The notes: generated by a model not told the origin, from the letters alone. A DNA stretch of 64,000 nucleotides from a bacterium (GCA_021824915.1 JAKAJP010000013.1:1733-65732), one strand, 5' to 3'; numbered from the stretch's first letter, positions 29,706-39,767 are shown. Numbers and translations are program-made.

Positions 29706-30260
29706 TTAGAGTGCCAGGAGAAGCGATCCAAGTATCGTTACTACTCCGACCCCGATGCCAAAAACTGTTGGCCAACCAGTTCCCGAATTGGGAAGCGAGG
29801 GTTGACTCGTGGGGGTAGCAGTGGCTCCCGTGCAAACACAGTCTGTGTTTGCTGCGCAGGACGGGTTGCGGCAAAAACCCTGATAACAAATTAAGTTACT
29901 TGAGCAGTTGGCATTACTTCCACAAGTTCCACCGCAAGAATTAGGAGTTCCTGATGGATTAGGTGTTGCAGTTGGGGTTCCTGTTCCTGTGGGTGTCGCT
30001 GTTGCCGTACCAGTTGGTGTGGCAGTTGCTGTCCCTGTTGGTGTGGCGGTTGGTGTTCCTGTCCCGATAGTAAAAGCTAGGGCAGTGCAGCTACTTGGAA
30101 TCTCAGCCGCTGCTGGCTGGCTTGACGGCGCATTTGGTGCAACAGCCTGATTTCTTAGTTGATAAAGTCTTATTGCGGTAAATATTGCAACTCCAGCCAA
30201 AACTATTGTCAAAAATATTATTAGAACTGTTGCAAATTTTCCTCTTAAAAAGTTTTTCAT
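29706..30260 (-). CDS. Surface protein: N-terminal TM, PTATPTGT repeats, Cys-rich domain, LPNSG sorting signal
   Basis: CGGTC..C..C..C..C..CVC; SLPNSG followed by a hydrophobic C-terminus. Confidence 0.8.
   Translation of the reverse strand: MKNFLRGKFATVLIIFLTIVLAGVAIFTAIRLYQLRNQAVAPNAPSSQPAAAEIPSSCTALAFTIGTGTPTATPTGTATATPTGTATATPTGTGTPTATPNPSGTPNSCGGTCGSNANCSSNLICYQGFCRNPSCAANTDCVCTGATATPTSQPSLPNSGTGWPTVFGIGVGVVTILGSLLLAL
29960..30065 (-). repeat. Degenerate tandem repeats encoding PTATPTGT
   Basis: Protein TPTATPTGTATATPTGTATATPTGTGTPTATP. Confidence 0.7.
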
Positions 30261-30261
30261 T

Positions 30262-31509
30262 TTAGTTTGACCATCCTAATGTAGCATCATGAATTTGACC
30301 TGTTACATTAAAAGATGTTACACCGGTTGGAATTTGATAGCTTTGGCAAAAAAGGCCTCCGGCAGTCCCCGAGCCTTTAGTTGTGGTTTCCGTTTGAGCA
30401 ACACCATTAATTGTAAATTTGGCTTTATCAAATCCACCCCCACTTGTTGTTCCCCCTACACAAAAGTTAATTGTTGTTCCGACCGCGAGGGTACTTAGTT
30501 GTGCAGGGGTTATTAAGTTCCACGTAGCGTCGTAGGCCCCAACTGATGAGCATTGAGCGGACGAAGTTGTGGTTGTAGTCGTAGTCGTAGTTGTCTTGGC
30601 CTTACAGTTTGAGTTATCTGAGGTGCACCACTGAACCTTATTTCCGCTGGCATCAATTTTGACCTTTTCGATTAGGTATCCACCCCCTGGGCAGGGTTCG
30701 GTTTCGGTATAACTTGTCTGACTAGCCCAACCGGAGACGCTGGAATCGCTACAATTTATGGGCCCCAAGTTGCTGCCGGTATTCCCTGTGGTTGCAAATT
30801 GGTTTATTTGGTTTTTAGTGGTCTGTGACAGGTTTAGATTATTGCAATCATTTTTGTCACAGTAGTTAGCTGCGGCCTTAAGAGTATCATTTGCCCCAGA
30901 ACCTCCAACCAGATAACGTTGTCCGTTGTCGGCAATATAAGTACCGGCAATATAGGCTTGCCCTTTATCTCCGTTTTGAGAATATACATAACCAAATTGT
31001 CCGGGCTGAACTGTTTGGCCGCTTGAAGTGGTTTGACTAACCGGAGCCGGTTTACCTCCTCCGGGACAATCTGCTTGGGTTCCCCCTTTCGGAACCCGAC
31101 TTTTGCCGCCGGGACACCAACCGCCCGCGGCCTGCTGTTCAAAAAGCTGTTGCTGCTGGGTTAAGAGAAGCCCCGCCCCGACACCACCAACCAAAAGCAG
31201 TATTCCAAGAATAGTTGCTATGATTCTTTTGCCACCAAACTTTTTCTTGGGCGTTGAAATAACTGGCGGCAAATTATCAGGAGACGCCGTGCCGCTTTCA
31301 TCCGGTTTTTCTTCCGGGGGGGCCATGGGTGTTGGAATTGGCGCCGGTTTTATATTTTGGAAATCGGGTGGAAGAGGTGGAACGTCCGGGTCTGTAGTTA
31401 CAACAGGATTAACTGATTGATTTGTCTGTGGCGTAGATTGGCCAGTCGGAGGATTTGCCGCTGGTGCGGCTGGACTAACTGGAAAGACAGGGTTGTTTTG
31501 GTCAGGCAT
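30262..31509 (-). CDS. Membrane-anchored Cys-rich surface protein with Pro-rich cytoplasmic N-terminus
   Basis: P-rich ~90 aa, KKKFGGKR + TM, QQQQLFEQQA, paired Cys, poly-Thr linker. Confidence 0.78.
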   Translation of the reverse strand: MPDQNNPVFPVSPAAPAANPPTGQSTPQTNQSVNPVVTTDPDVPPLPPDFQNIKPAPIPTPMAPPEEKPDESGTASPDNLPPVISTPKKKFGGKRIIATILGILLLVGGVGAGLLLTQQQQLFEQQAAGGWCPGGKSRVPKGGTQADCPGGGKPAPVSQTTSSGQTVQPGQFGYVYSQNGDKGQAYIAGTYIADNGQRYLVGGSGANDTLKAAANYCDKNDCNNLNLSQTTKNQINQFATTGNTGSNLGPINCSDSSVSGWASQTSYTETEPCPGGGYLIEKVKIDASGNKVQWCTSDNSNCKAKTTTTTTTTTTSSAQCSSVGAYDATWNLITPAQLSTLAVGTTINFCVGGTTSGGGFDKAKFTINGVAQTETTTKGSGTAGGLFCQSYQIPTGVTSFNVTGQIHDATLGWSN

Positions 31510-31517
31510 TAGAAATT

Positions 31518-32840
31518 TTAACCTTCAGACATCTTCCATAAGAAGAAACTGAAAGCAGAAACTGCTACTCCCATAATAGATAGTAGGATTGTAGGAGTCA
31601 AGCTGCCTGTCACGGGAACTGGCGCCAGGGTTGCGCTTATTGTTGATGTAGGAGTTGGACTTAGAATTGGCGTTGATGTTGGTGTTGGCAATGTGGTTGA
31701 ACCGGATTGTGATGCCGTAAAGGCCGGAATTTCTGCAGCCTGAACAACAAATGTCCGTGTCAGGCTTCTTGTTATTCCGGCAGCATCTTTCCAAAGCACT
31801 GTAATTGTGTGATTTCCGGCTGAAAGATCGCTTGATGGTGTAAAACTCCAATTTCCAGTTGAACCAACGCTTACATTTTGAGTTATTACGTCTTGCGAAT
31901 GAATTTCAATAGTAAGGGCCGTTCCCGATGGGCCCTTTCCCATGAATTGAGGTTTGGTAGTTGATACGGTTTCGCCGTCGGTCAAATTATCTAAGATCAC
32001 CGTCGTCGGGGCGGGTGTGTTTAGGTTTGATGGAACGTTAAATTTTGATTCTCCCGATGCGTTTGCCGGCAGGTTAAGTTCCGCTCCCGGACTGCCACCA
32101 CTGGCGTTTGCCGGCAAGCTTCTGAAATCAGAGGTCTTACCTAGTATAAGTGGTGGCATGGGATTTGCTGACTGCGGATAAATTTGGGCAGACGCGGGTT
32201 GATCTGGGGGTGACTGGACCGATATCTGAATTAAAGTTTGGCTTGGGTTTATATCTAGGAAACTTCCCAAGTCCTGAGTTCTGGCTCCACCCAGTTGTAT
32301 CACAAAATTTCCTGAGGCAGATGTGGTTGTTGAAAGTAAATATCCACCAATGTTTGCATAAACGAGGGCCTTCTGAGCAGGAAGTCCTGCTGCATTAGAA
32401 ACTACGCCGGAAATAATTTGTGAGTTTTTATTCGCTCCTATTGCCGGTCCGGTAGCCGCTTGCCAAGCAACGCCGTTATTATCAAAACTCACCGAATCAG
32501 AGTTTATTTTGTAGTAGTAAGTTGTGCCGGGCTTTAATCCGGATAGTGTGATTGAGTGAGTAAAGAATTTTGAGTCCTGAATATCTTCTTTTTGCACCTT
32601 GTCCGTTCCGGATGCGGATTCTCCCCAGACAAGGAAGCCGGAGGTTGCTTTATCAGTGGTCCACGATATTGTAAATCCACCTTCATCAACATTGGAAACA
32701 CGGACATCTTTCGGGGTCACGTCTGATGATGCCCCGAGTCTAAAAAATTGTTTGGAGTTTAATAAAAATACGCCAAAAAAAGTTCCAGCTACGAGGATTA
32801 TCATTCCGAGAATTGTTGGTATGGTATTTTTTTTGATCAT
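31518..32840 (-). CDS. Surface protein: FN3-like + Ig-like (Big) domains, VPVTG sorting signal
   Basis: ISWTTD, HSITLSGLKPGTTYYYKI (FN3); GNWSFTP..LSAGNHTITV (Big); VPVTG + TM + K. Confidence 0.82.
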   Translation of the reverse strand: MIKKNTIPTILGMIILVAGTFFGVFLLNSKQFFRLGASSDVTPKDVRVSNVDEGGFTISWTTDKATSGFLVWGESASGTDKVQKEDIQDSKFFTHSITLSGLKPGTTYYYKINSDSVSFDNNGVAWQAATGPAIGANKNSQIISGVVSNAAGLPAQKALVYANIGGYLLSTTTSASGNFVIQLGGARTQDLGSFLDINPSQTLIQISVQSPPDQPASAQIYPQSANPMPPLILGKTSDFRSLPANASGGSPGAELNLPANASGESKFNVPSNLNTPAPTTVILDNLTDGETVSTTKPQFMGKGPSGTALTIEIHSQDVITQNVSVGSTGNWSFTPSSDLSAGNHTITVLWKDAAGITRSLTRTFVVQAAEIPAFTASQSGSTTLPTPTSTPILSPTPTSTISATLAPVPVTGSLTPTILLSIMGVAVSAFSFFLWKMSEG

Positions 32841-32843
32841 TAT

Positions 32844-33194
32844 TTATGGCGTTGCCGATGGCGAAGCCGAAGCGGAAGCTGTCGGCGTTGCAGACGCCGA
32901 AGCTACAGGCGTTGGGCTATTGGTTGCTTGTGGTGTCGGCAGCGCGTTGGCAGTTGAAGTTGGAGCTATTGTGGGTTCAGAAATATTCTCTTCATTTATG
33001 TAAACTTTGTTCCGGATTTTTTCGGCGGTGTTTTGGTCAATACTAGGGGTTAGAGCCTGTAAAATTTGTTGAGAGACGGTCGGAGCGGGCTTGCTTTTAA
33101 TTGCCCGATAAATACCAAATCCAACCCACATAACCGAAGTAATAAGCGTCATTATTAAGATTGTTATTAATCCGGGAATTTTACTTTTTTGCAT
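32844..33194 (-). CDS. Small single-TM S/T/P-rich protein at the PilP position
   Basis: TM followed by a PTATP-rich tail; ATG right after the pilO stop. Confidence 0.7.
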   Translation of the reverse strand: MQKSKIPGLITILIMTLITSVMWVGFGIYRAIKSKPAPTVSQQILQALTPSIDQNTAEKIRNKVYINEENISEPTIAPTSTANALPTPQATNSPTPVASASATPTASASASPSATP

Positions 33195-33195
33195 A

Positions 33196-33849
33196 TTAAT
33201 GACCCAGAAATGGAACTCTTCCACTAATCACCGCCACTATAACACGTCCCTTATCAGTTATGGAGGAGTTAACCCCCAGGATATCAATTCTGATCGGTCT
33301 TCGAAGATTATCTAAGTCAGTAATAAACGAAGTCAGGTTTGTAAAATCACCCGCCACACTAATCGAGACCGTCATCTCCTTTGCTTTTGATGAAATAGGT
33401 TTTAGATCCGAAAGTTTTGCTTTTTGGGTTTCGGTTCCGGTTAATGTTACTTGGCCCACTGAGATGCCCAAGATGTTGGCAGAATCTTTGGAAGCGACGC
33501 CCTCTATCTGTCTGACGAAAGTATCCGGTTGAGGATTGCCTGGAACCGAAGATTCAGCAATAGAGACAAACGATGATTCTTCGGAATAAACATTTTGAGC
33601 GCTTTGTAAAGCTGCAATTTTTTGGTCGAGCTGGGCAACCGTTTCTTTCTTTGCCTGAATTTCCTGAACCAAATTGATGATTGTTAAGACCGTGGGTTTT
33701 AGAGCAAAAAGCAAAAAGACTATTATGGTTGTTAACGACAGGATAACTTCCGTGAACATTCTAAGGTCCTGTCTTTTTTTATAAAGATCGACAATGTTCA
33801 GGAAAAAACCCTGATAACGATAATATTGCCCTCTCCAACCTAGTGCCAT
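33196..33849 (-). CDS. pilO: Type IV pilus alignment protein PilO-like
   Basis: TM, coiled coil, ISVAGDFTNLTSFITDLDNLRRPIRI. Confidence 0.78.
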   Translation of the reverse strand: MALGWRGQYYRYQGFFLNIVDLYKKRQDLRMFTEVILSLTTIIVFLLFALKPTVLTIINLVQEIQAKKETVAQLDQKIAALQSAQNVYSEESSFVSIAESSVPGNPQPDTFVRQIEGVASKDSANILGISVGQVTLTGTETQKAKLSDLKPISSKAKEMTVSISVAGDFTNLTSFITDLDNLRRPIRIDILGVNSSITDKGRVIVAVISGRVPFLGH

Positions 33850-33853
33850 TTTA

Positions 33854-34387
33854 TTAATATGAAACTTTTAGATTAAAAACTACAGACGATTGATTTGCAT
33901 CACTCGTGCCTACCTGCCCGAGAGCAGCATTCTTAAACGATTTTTCAGCTTTGAGATTACTGATAAATTGCGCAATGTCAATTTCGCTTCCTGCGGTCCC
34001 TTTTATCTGAATTGATCCGTCTTGAAAAGATAGGGATTGGAGTGTGACATTTTGTGGAACGCGACTTACAACTTTGGTCAGGAGTGTGGATGTCCCAGTA
34101 TTTTTGGTGTAGTCGTTAAACACAGAAAGCCTGTCTTGAAGATCGCGAAAATTCTTTTCAAAATCGCTTTGGGAGGAAACCTGGGCACTTTTGACAGATA
34201 TTGCGTCATTTAGATCCGAGTTCTGTGCGTCAAGCCAGAAGCGTGACAGGAAAGCCCCCATAACAACCATTTCGGTCGCTATGACAATTATTCTGAAAGT
34301 TCCCATTGCCCACTTTAGGGCTCGGCCAGCGATACTGGCATCAAACTCTTCCTGAGGTAATAGATTGATTGATTTATGGGCAGCCAT
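33854..34387 (-). CDS. pilN: Type IV pilus alignment protein PilN-like
   Basis: INLLP motif, TM, VPQNVTLQSLS..IQIKGTA..IAQFISNL. Confidence 0.85.
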   Translation of the reverse strand: MAAHKSINLLPQEEFDASIAGRALKWAMGTFRIIVIATEMVVMGAFLSRFWLDAQNSDLNDAISVKSAQVSSQSDFEKNFRDLQDRLSVFNDYTKNTGTSTLLTKVVSRVPQNVTLQSLSFQDGSIQIKGTAGSEIDIAQFISNLKAEKSFKNAALGQVGTSDANQSSVVFNLKVSY

Positions 34388-34456
34388 ACAGAACAATGCA
34401 CAACAAAAGTGCGTTAGTTCAATATATCACATGGCGCTCCTGTCATGAAGCGGAAA

Positions 34457-34726
34457 TTACTTCTTTTTTGAAGATTTTTTAGCGGGTTTAATTTTTGCCG
34501 AAAGCTTCGAGAGTGCGCCCTTAATTCTAGAAGACTTATTTTTGTGGATAACCCTTTTTTTGACCGCACGGTCAGCAAGTGATACGGCAGTCAAGATTGC
34601 CTCCGTGGTTTTAACTTTTTTTGCTTTCCTGATTGCAACTTCGAGTCGGCTAATTATTAGTCGATTTATTTTTTGTTTTTGAGTTGAACCCCTAAGGGCT
34701 CTTTTGGCACTTACGCTTACCGGCAT
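34457..34726 (-). CDS. rpsT: 30S ribosomal protein S20
   Basis: SAKRALR...DRAVKKRVIHKNKSSRIK. Confidence 0.95.
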   Translation of the reverse strand: MPVSVSAKRALRGSTQKQKINRLIISRLEVAIRKAKKVKTTEAILTAVSLADRAVKKRVIHKNKSSRIKGALSKLSAKIKPAKKSSKKK

Positions 34727-34732
34727 GAGCGA

Positions 34733-34740
34733 AGTATAAT
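34733..34740. promoter_or_regulatory. Overlapping bidirectional -10 boxes for rpsT (-) and murJ (+)
   Basis: AGTATAAT reads TATAAT on + and TATACT on -; lies in a 29-nt gap between divergent starts. Confidence 0.6.
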
Positions 34741-34755
34741 CGAACCAAGCTCAAA

Positions 34756-36450
34756 ATGGAAGACTTAATTAGGCGGGGAAAAAAGATTATTAACTCGCGT
34801 CAGAACACCATTCTCTCGGCCGCCGGCGTGATAACTGTAATGATTATTCTCTCCCAAATTTTTGGTTTGGTTCGCCAGTGGGTGATCTTAAAATTCTTGG
34901 GAAGTGATACCTTTTCACTCTATCTGGCCGCCTTTCGTTTGCCCGATCTTGTCTTCGAGGTTTTTGCATTCGGGGCTTTTTCATCAGCGCTAATACCTGT
35001 TTTTAGCAGGTATTTGAGAAGGAGCAAAAAAGAGGCTTGGGACGTTGCTTCGCGGGTTGTAAATATCGGTCTTTTGATATTTTTGGGCCTGGCGATTGTT
35101 TTTGGAATTTTTTCCTATCAGTTTTACTCGGTAGTTGCTTTTGGATTTGACTCATCACAGGTAGATTTAGTCTCGAAAGTTGCCAGAATAATATTTTTTG
35201 CTGAAGGACTTTTTATAGTCAGTTATGTAATAACCGGAGTTTTGGAATCCTCAAGACGCTTTTTGGTTCCGGCCCTGGCCCCGGTCCTTTATAACATCGG
35301 AATTATATTAGGCACGATCATTTTTTCCCGAACTCTGGGGATTTATGCGCCCGCAATAGGAGTAATAATTGGCGCCGTAATGCATCTTGGAATTCAGATT
35401 CCGGTTGCTTACAAGCTCGGTTTCAGGTTTTCTACAAACTTCAAAACAAATAACGGAGTTCGTGAGGTGGGAAGACTGGCGGCTCCAAGGTTTATTGATT
35501 TGGCAGCTTTACAGATTCAAAAATCCGCAGAACTTTTTTTCTCTTCAATCATGTCGGTTGCTTCTTATGGTTTTCTTAACCTTGCATATTCGCTTCAAGC
35601 TATTCCGGCAACGCTTTTTGGAGTTTCTTTAGCTAAGGCTGCTCTCGTTTCTTTATCTTATCAGGAAGACTTGGCGGAGTTTAGGAAAACTTTTTTGACC
35701 ACCCTAAATCAAATGATGTTTCTCATTGTTCCGATTTCGGCATTTTTGGTTGTTTTGAGAATTCCGATTGTCAGACTTACTTTTGGCACCAGCCAATCGC
35801 TTGACTGGAACGCCACGGTTCAGATTGGAATAATATTATCCTATTTTGCTATTGGCGTTCCTATGCAGTCTGCTCTTGCTTTAATTTCAAGGGCTTACTA
35901 CGCCAAACATGATGCAAAAACTCCGGTTATTTTTCAGGTGATAGACGTTGTCCTTACTTTGGTTTTGGAAGCAATTTTTGTTCTTGTTATGCATTTGCCG
36001 CTTTGGTCTATTGCTCTTGCAAACACCCTTGCCGTGTTTATTCAGGTTAGTGGTCTTTATGTGATTTTGGCAAAGAAAATCGGGGACGGTAGGTTTCTTT
36101 CTTTGACCCCGACAATTAAATCAATTGTCTTCTCTATACTTTCGGGTGGTTTAATGTATTTTACCCTTAAACTTTTTGATAGATCCGTTTGGGTTCAAAA
36201 AATCCCCATTTTGGGAGCGGTGGTACCGGAAAATATTCCTTTTGAAAAGTTTGTCATCGATACTCGTTATACCCTGAGTCTCGTTCTCTTAACTGGAATA
36301 GTTACAACTCTCGGTGTCGCAGTTTATGTTTTGCTTTCCTGGTTAACAAAGTCTGAAGAGCTTGCCGCACTAATCCGGCTGATAAATAGAAGAAGAGTTG
36401 AGCTTGCCCCTGCCAAGCGTGAACCTCTTACAGTCGAACCGGAAGTCTAA
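34756..36450 (+). CDS. murJ: Lipid II flippase MurJ (MviN)
   Basis: AAFRLPD, SALIPVF, ALAPVLYN, RAYYAKHDAKTP; many TMs. Confidence 0.9.
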   Translation: MEDLIRRGKKIINSRQNTILSAAGVITVMIILSQIFGLVRQWVILKFLGSDTFSLYLAAFRLPDLVFEVFAFGAFSSALIPVFSRYLRRSKKEAWDVASRVVNIGLLIFLGLAIVFGIFSYQFYSVVAFGFDSSQVDLVSKVARIIFFAEGLFIVSYVITGVLESSRRFLVPALAPVLYNIGIILGTIIFSRTLGIYAPAIGVIIGAVMHLGIQIPVAYKLGFRFSTNFKTNNGVREVGRLAAPRFIDLAALQIQKSAELFFSSIMSVASYGFLNLAYSLQAIPATLFGVSLAKAALVSLSYQEDLAEFRKTFLTTLNQMMFLIVPISAFLVVLRIPIVRLTFGTSQSLDWNATVQIGIILSYFAIGVPMQSALALISRAYYAKHDAKTPVIFQVIDVVLTLVLEAIFVLVMHLPLWSIALANTLAVFIQVSGLYVILAKKIGDGRFLSLTPTIKSIVFSILSGGLMYFTLKLFDRSVWVQKIPILGAVVPENIPFEKFVIDTRYTLSLVLLTGIVTTLGVAVYVLLSWLTKSEELAALIRLINRRRVELAPAKREPLTVEPEV

Positions 36451-36458
36451 AAATCCTC

Positions 36459-36495
36459 TTGACAAGTGTTAGCACTCATGCTAATTTAGTGCTAA
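36459..36495 (+). promoter_or_regulatory. hrcA promoter with overlapping CIRCE
   Basis: TTGACA 36459-36464; CIRCE TTAGCACTC-N9-TAGTGCTAA 36469-36495. Confidence 0.92.
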
Positions 36496-36502
36496 TCAAG
36501 AC

Positions 36503-37237
36503 ATGACAGACGGACTTACAGCCAGGCAAACATCACTTCTTAAAACGATTATTGACGAGTACATCCAAACCGCCGAGCCGGTGGGTAGTGAGAATTTAGA
36601 TAAAAAATATAACCTTGGTGTTTCCCCCGCCACAATCCGAAACGAAATGGTTTCCTTGACTAAAGCCGGGTATCTTAAGCAACCGCACACTTCCGCGGGG
36701 CGCATTCCAACTCCGATGGCGATGAAATTTTATATCGACCAACTTATGGAGGAAAAGCAAATGAGTCTTGTGGACGAGGTTAAGGCAAAGGAAGAAGTTT
36801 GGGATAGTAGGGATGATATTGACCAATTGATGGATGAAGCAACACATGCCCTTGCCCAAAGGACAAGGTCACTGAGCGTTGCCGCGCTTAAAGACAAAAA
36901 AGATCGTTTTTGGCAGGCGGGACATTCATATATTTTCCAAAATCCGGAATTTTCGGATCTAGCAGCCTGTCAAAGTTTGTTTTCGATTTTTGAAGAGATG
37001 GATAAACTTGATAGATTATTCTTTGGAATTCCTTCTCCTTCTCCTTTAGAAGTTTTGTTTGGTGAAGAGCTTGGAATTCCGGAATTGGCACCTACGGGAA
37101 TAATTGCGACGCATTTTAATATCAAAGGGAAACCCGGTGCTCTTGGAGTAATTGGCCCGGCAAGAATTTCCTATCCGACAGTAATTCCGATATTGAGATA
37201 CTTTGGCAATTTAATACAGGAAGTCGGCAATGCCTAA
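36503..37237 (+). CDS. hrcA: Heat-inducible repressor HrcA (short form)
   Basis: EPVGS, SPATIRNEM, QPHTSAGRIPT, GVIGP. Confidence 0.95.
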   Translation: MTDGLTARQTSLLKTIIDEYIQTAEPVGSENLDKKYNLGVSPATIRNEMVSLTKAGYLKQPHTSAGRIPTPMAMKFYIDQLMEEKQMSLVDEVKAKEEVWDSRDDIDQLMDEATHALAQRTRSLSVAALKDKKDRFWQAGHSYIFQNPEFSDLAACQSLFSIFEEMDKLDRLFFGIPSPSPLEVLFGEELGIPELAPTGIIATHFNIKGKPGALGVIGPARISYPTVIPILRYFGNLIQEVGNA

Positions 37238-37658
37238 AAATAAAAAGCCAGACGAATCTTTAGTTTTGAAAGCTCAACTGGCAAGGGCACTTGCAGATTA
37301 TGACAACCTGATTAAAAGAGTCGAAAGAGAAAAAAACGATATTGAAAAGTTGGTTTCTCTAAGGCTCATACTTAGGCTTTTGCAAGTTTTAGATAATATA
37401 GAGAGAGCCCAAGTTCATTTGAAAGACTCTGGACTTGCTATAGCGATAGGTGAATTTATAAACGTATTGAAGGACGAGGGTTTAACAGTAATTAACCCAA
37501 GTATTGGTGATGAATTTGATGAACACGAGATGGAAGCTATTGAAGTAGTAAAAGGTCAGAGTAATAATAAAGTTGCCGAGGTGATTTTGGCTGGTTGGGA
37601 GTATTCGGACGGAACAATAGTTAGACACGCGAAAGTGAAAGTTACAAAGAAAGAATAG
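37230..37658 (+). CDS. grpE: Nucleotide exchange factor GrpE
   Basis: [30 protein letters not shown]. Confidence 0.93.
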   Translation: MPKNKKPDESLVLKAQLARALADYDNLIKRVEREKNDIEKLVSLRLILRLLQVLDNIERAQVHLKDSGLAIAIGEFINVLKDEGLTVINPSIGDEFDEHEMEAIEVVKGQSNNKVAEVILAGWEYSDGTIVRHAKVKVTKKE

Positions 37659-37662
37659 AAAT

Positions 37663-39573
37663 ATGGGAAAAATTATTGGAATTGATTTAGGAACAACAAA
37701 CTCTTGTGTAGCCGTAATGGAGGCTGGACGCCCCGTGGTTATTACGGCTGTTGATACTGGTAAAAACACAACCCCTTCAGTTGTTGAACCGGTTAAAAAT
37801 CTCGTGGGGGACGTTGCCAAGAGACAGATGATACTAAACGCCAAAAACACGGTTTATTCCGCAAAACGTCTCATGGGCCGAAGATTTGGCGATAAAGAGG
37901 TCAAAAGAACAATTGAAATGGTTCCTTACAAAATTGTCGATGGCAAAAATGGCATGGCCGATATCGAAATTGAAGGTAAGAATTACACTCCCCAGGAGAT
38001 TGGTGCAAGGGTCCTCATGAAACTTAAAAAAGATGCCGAAGCTCATATTGGTGAGAAAGTTGATCAGGCAGTTATTACGGTTCCCGCCTATTTTGACGAT
38101 GCGCAGCGCCAGGCAACTAAACAAGCCGGAGAAATTGCCGGATTAAAAGTTGAAAGAATTATTAACGAACCCACCGCCGCAGCTTTAGCTTACGGAATGG
38201 ATAAGAAAAAAGCAGAAAAAATTGCTGTTTACGATCTTGGCGGCGGAACTTTTGACATTTCGGTTCTTGAAATTGGCGACGGAGTAATTGAAGTTAAGGC
38301 GACAAACGGAGACACACACCTTGGGGGAGATGATTTTGATGCCGTAATTGTCGACTACATTGTTTCCGAATTCAAGAAAGAAAACGGAGTCGATCTTAAG
38401 GCTGATACCCAAGCATATCAACGCGTTCGTGATGCAGCTGAAAAAGCAAAGATAGAGCTATCTGCTGCAAACGAAGTCGAAATAAATCAGCCGTATATTA
38501 CTCAAAAAGATGGCCAACCCTTGCATTTAGCCATGAAACTGACCCGTGCCAAGATGGAGAGTTTGGTTGATGAGCTAATTCAAAAAACAATTAAGCCGGT
38601 TGAGCTTTGTTTGAAGGACGCAAAGCTTGATGCCCATGACATTGATGAAGTTGTAATGGTCGGGGGCATGACCAGAATGCCGAAAGTTATTGAAGTTGTT
38701 AAAAATTTCTTCGGCAAAGATCCAAACCAATCAGTTAACCCCGATGAAGTTGTTGCAGTCGGAGCTGCAATCCAAGGCGGAGTTTTGGGCGGAGAGGTCA
38801 AAGATATACTTTTACTCGATGTAACACCTTTAACTCTTGCCATCGAAACCCTTGGAGGAGTTGCAACCCCAATGATTCCGAGAAATACAACTGTTCCAAC
38901 CAGTAAGACAGAGATCTTTTCAACAGCTGCGGACAATCAAACTCAAGTTCAAATTGTCGTAACCCAAGGTGAGCGTCCAATGAGTGCAGATAATAAAACT
39001 TTGGGAACATTTACTCTTGACGGAATTCCTCCGGCTCCCCGCGGAGTGCCGCAAGTCGAAGTTACTTTTGATATGGATGCAAGCGGAATTTTGACCGTTA
39101 CCGCAAAAGATAAAGCAACCGGAAAAACTCAAAACATCAAAATTACAGGAGCCGTCGGACTTTCCGACGATGAAGTTAAAAGAATGCAGGAGGAGGCAGA
39201 AAAGCACAAGGCCGAAGATGAAAAGAAAGCGGAAACAATTAAGGCCAAAAATAACGCTGATGCGATGGTTGCAACAGCTGAAAAAGCCCTCAAAGATGCG
39301 GGAGATAAAGTCGATTCTAAAATTAAGGAACAGGTTGAAGAAAAAGTTAAAAAAGTAAAAGAAATTGCCGGCAAGGAAGATTCTTCAAAAGAAGATATCG
39401 AATCCGCCACAAAAGATTTATCCGATACCTTAAGCCAAATCGGCCAGGCAATGTACGGAAACCAGGGTCAAGCAAAACCTGAAGAAGCCGCCTCCGATAA
39501 ATCTTCGGCGAGCCAAGAGAAGAAGGACGAGAAAAAAGATGAAAAAGTTGAAGAAGGCGAAGTGGTAGAGTAA
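37663..39573 (+). CDS. dnaK: Chaperone DnaK
   Basis: [30 protein letters not shown]. Confidence 0.99.
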   Translation: MGKIIGIDLGTTNSCVAVMEAGRPVVITAVDTGKNTTPSVVEPVKNLVGDVAKRQMILNAKNTVYSAKRLMGRRFGDKEVKRTIEMVPYKIVDGKNGMADIEIEGKNYTPQEIGARVLMKLKKDAEAHIGEKVDQAVITVPAYFDDAQRQATKQAGEIAGLKVERIINEPTAAALAYGMDKKKAEKIAVYDLGGGTFDISVLEIGDGVIEVKATNGDTHLGGDDFDAVIVDYIVSEFKKENGVDLKADTQAYQRVRDAAEKAKIELSAANEVEINQPYITQKDGQPLHLAMKLTRAKMESLVDELIQKTIKPVELCLKDAKLDAHDIDEVVMVGGMTRMPKVIEVVKNFFGKDPNQSVNPDEVVAVGAAIQGGVLGGEVKDILLLDVTPLTLAIETLGGVATPMIPRNTTVPTSKTEIFSTAADNQTQVQIVVTQGERPMSADNKTLGTFTLDGIPPAPRGVPQVEVTFDMDASGILTVTAKDKATGKTQNIKITGAVGLSDDEVKRMQEEAEKHKAEDEKKAETIKAKNNADAMVATAEKALKDAGDKVDSKIKEQVEEKVKKVKEIAGKEDSSKEDIESATKDLSDTLSQIGQAMYGNQGQAKPEEAASDKSSASQEKKDEKKDEKVEEGEVVE

Positions 39574-39577
39574 TAAA

Positions 39578-39757
39578 ATGGAATTGAAGTTTGAGACTAA
39601 AAACGCTGGTTCGAAAGAACAAATTATTATTGACGATGTAAAACAATTTATTACTAAGAAGACGGGGTGGCAAATTATTAGTAAAAATGGAGAAATTAGA
39701 TTCTTGTCGAATTCGATTTATAATTTAATTACTCACCCGGAAGAACTAATTTCTTGA
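39578..39757 (+). CDS. 59-aa small hypothetical protein (not in the ORF track)
   Basis: ATG 4 nt after the dnaK stop: MELKFETKNAGSKEQIIIDDVKQFITKKTGWQIISKNGEIRFLSNSIYNLITHPEELIS*. Confidence 0.55.
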   Translation: MELKFETKNAGSKEQIIIDDVKQFITKKTGWQIISKNGEIRFLSNSIYNLITHPEELIS

Positions 39758-39767
39758 TAGATTTTGG

